NCBI GenBank assembly: GCA_039208735.1
Contig: JBCCQY010000178.1
Location: 1 to 18,918, forward strand
Source: Myxococcota bacterium
GTDB lineage: Bacteria > Myxococcota_A > UBA796 > GCA-2862545
Length of the DNA stretch: 18,918 bases
Direction of reading: 5' to 3'
The notes beneath the pieces are model-generated. The model was not told the DNA's origin. It searched no databases and worked only from the letters and a program-made list of their open reading frames with translations. Made by a program: the position numbers and the translations under genes. Every line of letters starts with the position of its first letter. The first letter of the stretch is position 1. Below, one piece after another: positions 15,782-18,918 of the stretch.

Positions 15782-16468
15782 CTAGACGAATGGAAGATCT
15801 TGGCTTTCGCAGAGGAACCGGACCAGCGACTGCGCCTTGTCGAACTCGGTCGCCACCGTTTCAACCGCGGCGTCGCTTGTCAGCGCCTCTTCGGTGAGTT
15901 TGCGGTGAACGGCGACGTCCTTCCGCTTGAGGTCTTCCATGTGTGGATGGTCCTTGTCAAAGCCCTTGGGGGGCCGTTTCAGCGAATCCCCCATGAAGGC
16001 GAGACCGGCGCCGTCTAGCGCGGCGCGAACCTTGGACCAACCTTCTGAATCCGCTACGATTCGATCCCGAATGCGACGCAGGGCCTTGGACTCCGGGTGC
16101 CACATGCCGGCGCCCACGGCGACGTTCCCAGGCTCGATATGCAAGTAGAATCCTGGTGCATGCACATCACGGCTCGCCAGCTCATGGCGAAACTGCAGCC
16201 CAACATGCGTCTTGTAGGGCGACTTGTCCTTGCTGAATCGGGTGTCTCGGTAAATCCGAAACATGGAACCCCCTTGCTTTTTGGCGATCGCCGGAAAGCG
16301 CGGGGACACGTCGGCCAACGCGGGGCCCAAGGCGCGAATGAACTCGAGGCAAGGCTCGAGCACGTTGGCTTCGTACCGAGGCTTGTTCTCGGCGAACCAA
16401 TCGCGGTCGTTGTGCTCGGCAAGGTCGGACAGAAACTCAAACAGCTCGCCACTGAAAATCGAAGACAT
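15782..16468 (-). CDS. DUF2461 / TIGR02453 family protein
   Basis: FLSDLAEHNDRDWF, FRIYRDTRFSKDKSPYKT, GFYLHIEPG, LKRPPKGFDKDHP. GGGAG RBS upstream. Confidence 0.92.
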   Translation of the reverse strand: MSSIFSGELFEFLSDLAEHNDRDWFAENKPRYEANVLEPCLEFIRALGPALADVSPRFPAIAKKQGGSMFRIYRDTRFSKDKSPYKTHVGLQFRHELASRDVHAPGFYLHIEPGNVAVGAGMWHPESKALRRIRDRIVADSEGWSKVRAALDGAGLAFMGDSLKRPPKGFDKDHPHMEDLKRKDVAVHRKLTEEALTSDAAVETVATEFDKAQSLVRFLCESQDLPFV

Positions 16469-16517
16469 CTTGGCTCCCTCTCCGATCTACGACGATCGAG
16501 ACACCGCAGCATCGACA

Positions 16518-17432
16518 TCAGGGGGTAGGGCAAAGCGCTGACAGGCCAAGCAGCAAGTCTTGATCGAGCATGGCGCCGCCCCACAGGCCTCCCGCGGAAA
16601 CCACGGCGATCAAGGCCATCGCGGCGTACGGAATGTCCCTTTCGGTCCGGAACCGCTTCACGACGCCCACCACGACCATGCCAACGGCAAGGAAGAACGC
16701 CGCGCGGGTGTAGAACAGCTCGGCCCGAAGCTGGCCAAGTAGCCAATCCACGGCTTGCGGCCAGGTGGCCACGCACGTCGCTGCGTCAAGGGTGGGCGGC
16801 TGATTGGGGATGAACACAAACGCAAAGCCCCAATCAGCGGCCTCCGCCAATCCGAGCCAAAGCACAGGGAGGACCGCCGCGGCAGGCCCTGCTCCCCGAA
16901 GGGCGCCCTCCTCATTGGGCTGGGTGATCGCCTCAAACCCCGCCACCCCTACGAGCGCGGTCAACAGCAGGTAGGTGACGCCACGAACCTGGGCGAACAT
17001 GGGATTGCCGCTATTCGCCGCCGCCCCAAACCCGACCAGCGCGGCCACGACGACCCCCAATCCCACCAAGGCAAAGGCGCTCGGGGTGTCCCACGGTCGC
17101 TCCCGGGCACCCGCGATCGAAAAGCCTAATGCGGACACAACAAAGGTTGGCAAGGCAAACAGAGGGCCGGCGACCAATGTGGCCCCAAAACCCACCACCA
17201 TCGCGTCCAGTTCGTTGGGCGAGTGGATCACGCTCGGATCGACCGCGAGCTGGCTCATGAACCAGGTGCCCACAACGGTGACCAGGGGACCGGAAACCAA
17301 CAGTGCGGTGGGGACGGGTCGGCGCAAGAACAGAAGCGTCACCGAGAGCATGGTCGCGAGGAACCCCAACACCGCGATCAAGAACAACCAAATCGCCTCT
17401 TCAGGCAACTCGAGCATGGGAAAGGGATCCAC
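16518..17432 (-). CDS. Hypothetical polytopic membrane protein
   Basis: About 8 hydrophobic segments, no recognised motif. Start at GTG 17432 (AGGAG upstream) or ATG 17456. Same strand as both neighbours with short gaps. Confidence 0.75.
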   Translation of the reverse strand: MDPFPMLELPEEAIWLFLIAVLGFLATMLSVTLLFLRRPVPTALLVSGPLVTVVGTWFMSQLAVDPSVIHSPNELDAMVVGFGATLVAGPLFALPTFVVSALGFSIAGARERPWDTPSAFALVGLGVVVAALVGFGAAANSGNPMFAQVRGVTYLLLTALVGVAGFEAITQPNEEGALRGAGPAAAVLPVLWLGLAEAADWGFAFVFIPNQPPTLDAATCVATWPQAVDWLLGQLRAELFYTRAAFFLAVGMVVVGVVKRFRTERDIPYAAMALIAVVSAGGLWGGAMLDQDLLLGLSALCPTP

Positions 17433-17486
17433 CGGCGTCTCCTGTTGCGGCCGCATTCAACCTGAAGCCGCCACCCGCCGCAACGA

Positions 17487-18917
17487 TTAGCGACGGCCGA
17501 GGAGCCGGCCGGCCAGTTGGGAAAATCTCACAGTCCAGTCCTCATGCACCCGCACTCCCCCCGGAGGCGGCAGGGCCGACAACAGTTGCCGCTGCAGATC
17601 ATCCTGCTCGAGACCTACCGGAAGTGGCGCCTGCTCATACGGGTCTGCAGCACGATCGTAGAGTCGAGTGCGTCCGTCTCGAGTCACCATGAGCTTGTGG
17701 TCGAAGGCAATCACGGACTGAAGCTCAAGCCCCCACCGACTCGATTGGCTGGTCACGACCCGCGGCGCGAGCGGAAGCCCAAACACCGGTTCGAGCGGCA
17801 CCCCGTCGGCGAGCGGTAAGGGCGCATGACTCAACGCGGTCAAAATCGTGGGCGCGACATCCACCACAGACACCGTCTCCGCCATTCGACCCGGCACCAA
17901 GGTGGGTAGCCGCAGGCCGAGAGGAATGTGCGTCACCTCTTCGTAGGCATGGTCGCCGTAGCTACTGCCCCTGGCGGTACGAAGCATCTCGACGTGCTCC
18001 TCACCGAGGCTCCGTCCCCGATCCCCCACGATCACGACCCAGGCGTCAGCCGGCAAAGCGTCGAGCAACCTCCCGATGGCCTCGTCGGCCTGTGCCACCG
18101 CCTCGGGGTAAGCCGCATGAGGACCTTCGACCGCGGCATCCGCGTATTGCACGAAGAGGAACCACCCCTCGGGCGCCTGCTGCTCCACCCACGCGATGGC
18201 CCGATCGCTCACCTCATCGGCCGACACCGTGCGCGGCCAGGCCAGCGGCGCGACTCCCGATGCTTCGACCAGCCGCCACAATGTGGGCACCGCTCCGCGT
18301 TTTGGTGCCTCCACCCACCCGTCGAACCCCCGATCGAGGCCGTAGAGCCGCAGCCGAGGGTCGCCAACCATCGCCATCGTTGCATAGCCACTGCGGCGCA
18401 ACGCGGACGCAAGCGTGTCGACGTCCGGCTGAAGAGCGGTGTGCCGTTGGCGCTCTCCGTCGTGATGTCCGGCACCATGGCGGTAGGGGCTCCGTCCCGT
18501 GAGCACACTCGCGATGGACGGAACCGACCAATTGCTCGTGGTGTGGGCGTCCTCAAACACCAACGCCTCTTCACCAAACGCATCGAGCTGCGGTGTCACG
18601 CTCGGCCGCGCCGACCCAAGGCCGGTGTGGTCGGCTCGCAGGCCGCTGACCACGACCAGCACAATGGGGTCCCCTTCAGCCAGCGCCGGCAAAACCACGC
18701 GTTCGGGACGCAACGACAACAGCCCGAGAAGCAAGCCGCCGAGGGCGGCCCACGACACCAAAGGAACCACCGGAGCGCGCCCCTCCACCGCGAAGGCAGA
18801 CGTAAACGCCGCAAACACCAAGGCCATGGCCGCCACAGCGCCCATACACAGTGCGACCTCCGTGCTGATTCCCACGAGCAGATGGTGCTGCAAGGGCACG
18901 ACCACGGCGAGGGCGCA
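17487..18917 (-). CDS. Membrane-anchored sulfatase/alkaline-phosphatase superfamily protein with degenerate active site, partial (5' end outside window)
   Basis: LRADH, TPQLDAF, SNWSVPSIASVLTG, TLA..LR..GYAT, GFD, YEEVTHIPL, DVAPTIL, LYDRAADPYEQ. N-terminal TM helices. The frame is open to the right edge. Confidence 0.85.
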   Translation of the reverse strand, partial: CALAVVVPLQHHLLVGISTEVALCMGAVAAMALVFAAFTSAFAVEGRAPVVPLVSWAALGGLLLGLLSLRPERVVLPALAEGDPIVLVVVSGLRADHTGLGSARPSVTPQLDAFGEEALVFEDAHTTSNWSVPSIASVLTGRSPYRHGAGHHDGERQRHTALQPDVDTLASALRRSGYATMAMVGDPRLRLYGLDRGFDGWVEAPKRGAVPTLWRLVEASGVAPLAWPRTVSADEVSDRAIAWVEQQAPEGWFLFVQYADAAVEGPHAAYPEAVAQADEAIGRLLDALPADAWVVIVGDRGRSLGEEHVEMLRTARGSSYGDHAYEEVTHIPLGLRLPTLVPGRMAETVSVVDVAPTILTALSHAPLPLADGVPLEPVFGLPLAPRVVTSQSSRWGLELQSVIAFDHKLMVTRDGRTRLYDRAADPYEQAPLPVGLEQDDLQRQLLSALPPPGGVRVHEDWTVRFSQLAGRLLGRR

Positions 18918-18918
18918 C

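Overview
GC-rich bacterial chromosomal window, mostly housekeeping genes. The gene style (acidic low-complexity membrane proteins, Cys-rich lipoproteins, ccsA-like/hemA/hemC order) suggests Myxococcota or a related deltaproteobacterial lineage; this is inference. Gene order: a partial, very acidic single-pass membrane protein that the ORF track misses (-) and a thioredoxin (-); a CcsA/HemX-like gene, hemA and hemC (+); a divergent NAD-salvage pair, pncB (-) and pncA (+); an unannotated 58-aa glycine-zipper ORF, hemD and an isovaleryl-CoA-dehydrogenase-like gene (-); polA, an ECF sigma factor, an anti-sigma-like membrane protein, a small secreted protein and a lipoprotein polysaccharide deacetylase (+); a DUF2461 gene, a multi-TM hypothetical and a partial degenerate sulfatase (-). 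No RNA genes, CRISPR arrays or transposases were seen. The best leads are: (i) two tandem 21-bp palindromes between pncB and pncA, a candidate operator for an NAD-salvage regulator that is not encoded in the window; (ii) an anti-sigma-like protein in which an RseA-like helical motif seems to be tandemly amplified, in a three-gene ECF module; (iii) several proteins that have lost canonical catalytic or ligand residues (Pol I proofreading domain, CcsA-like protein, sulfatase).
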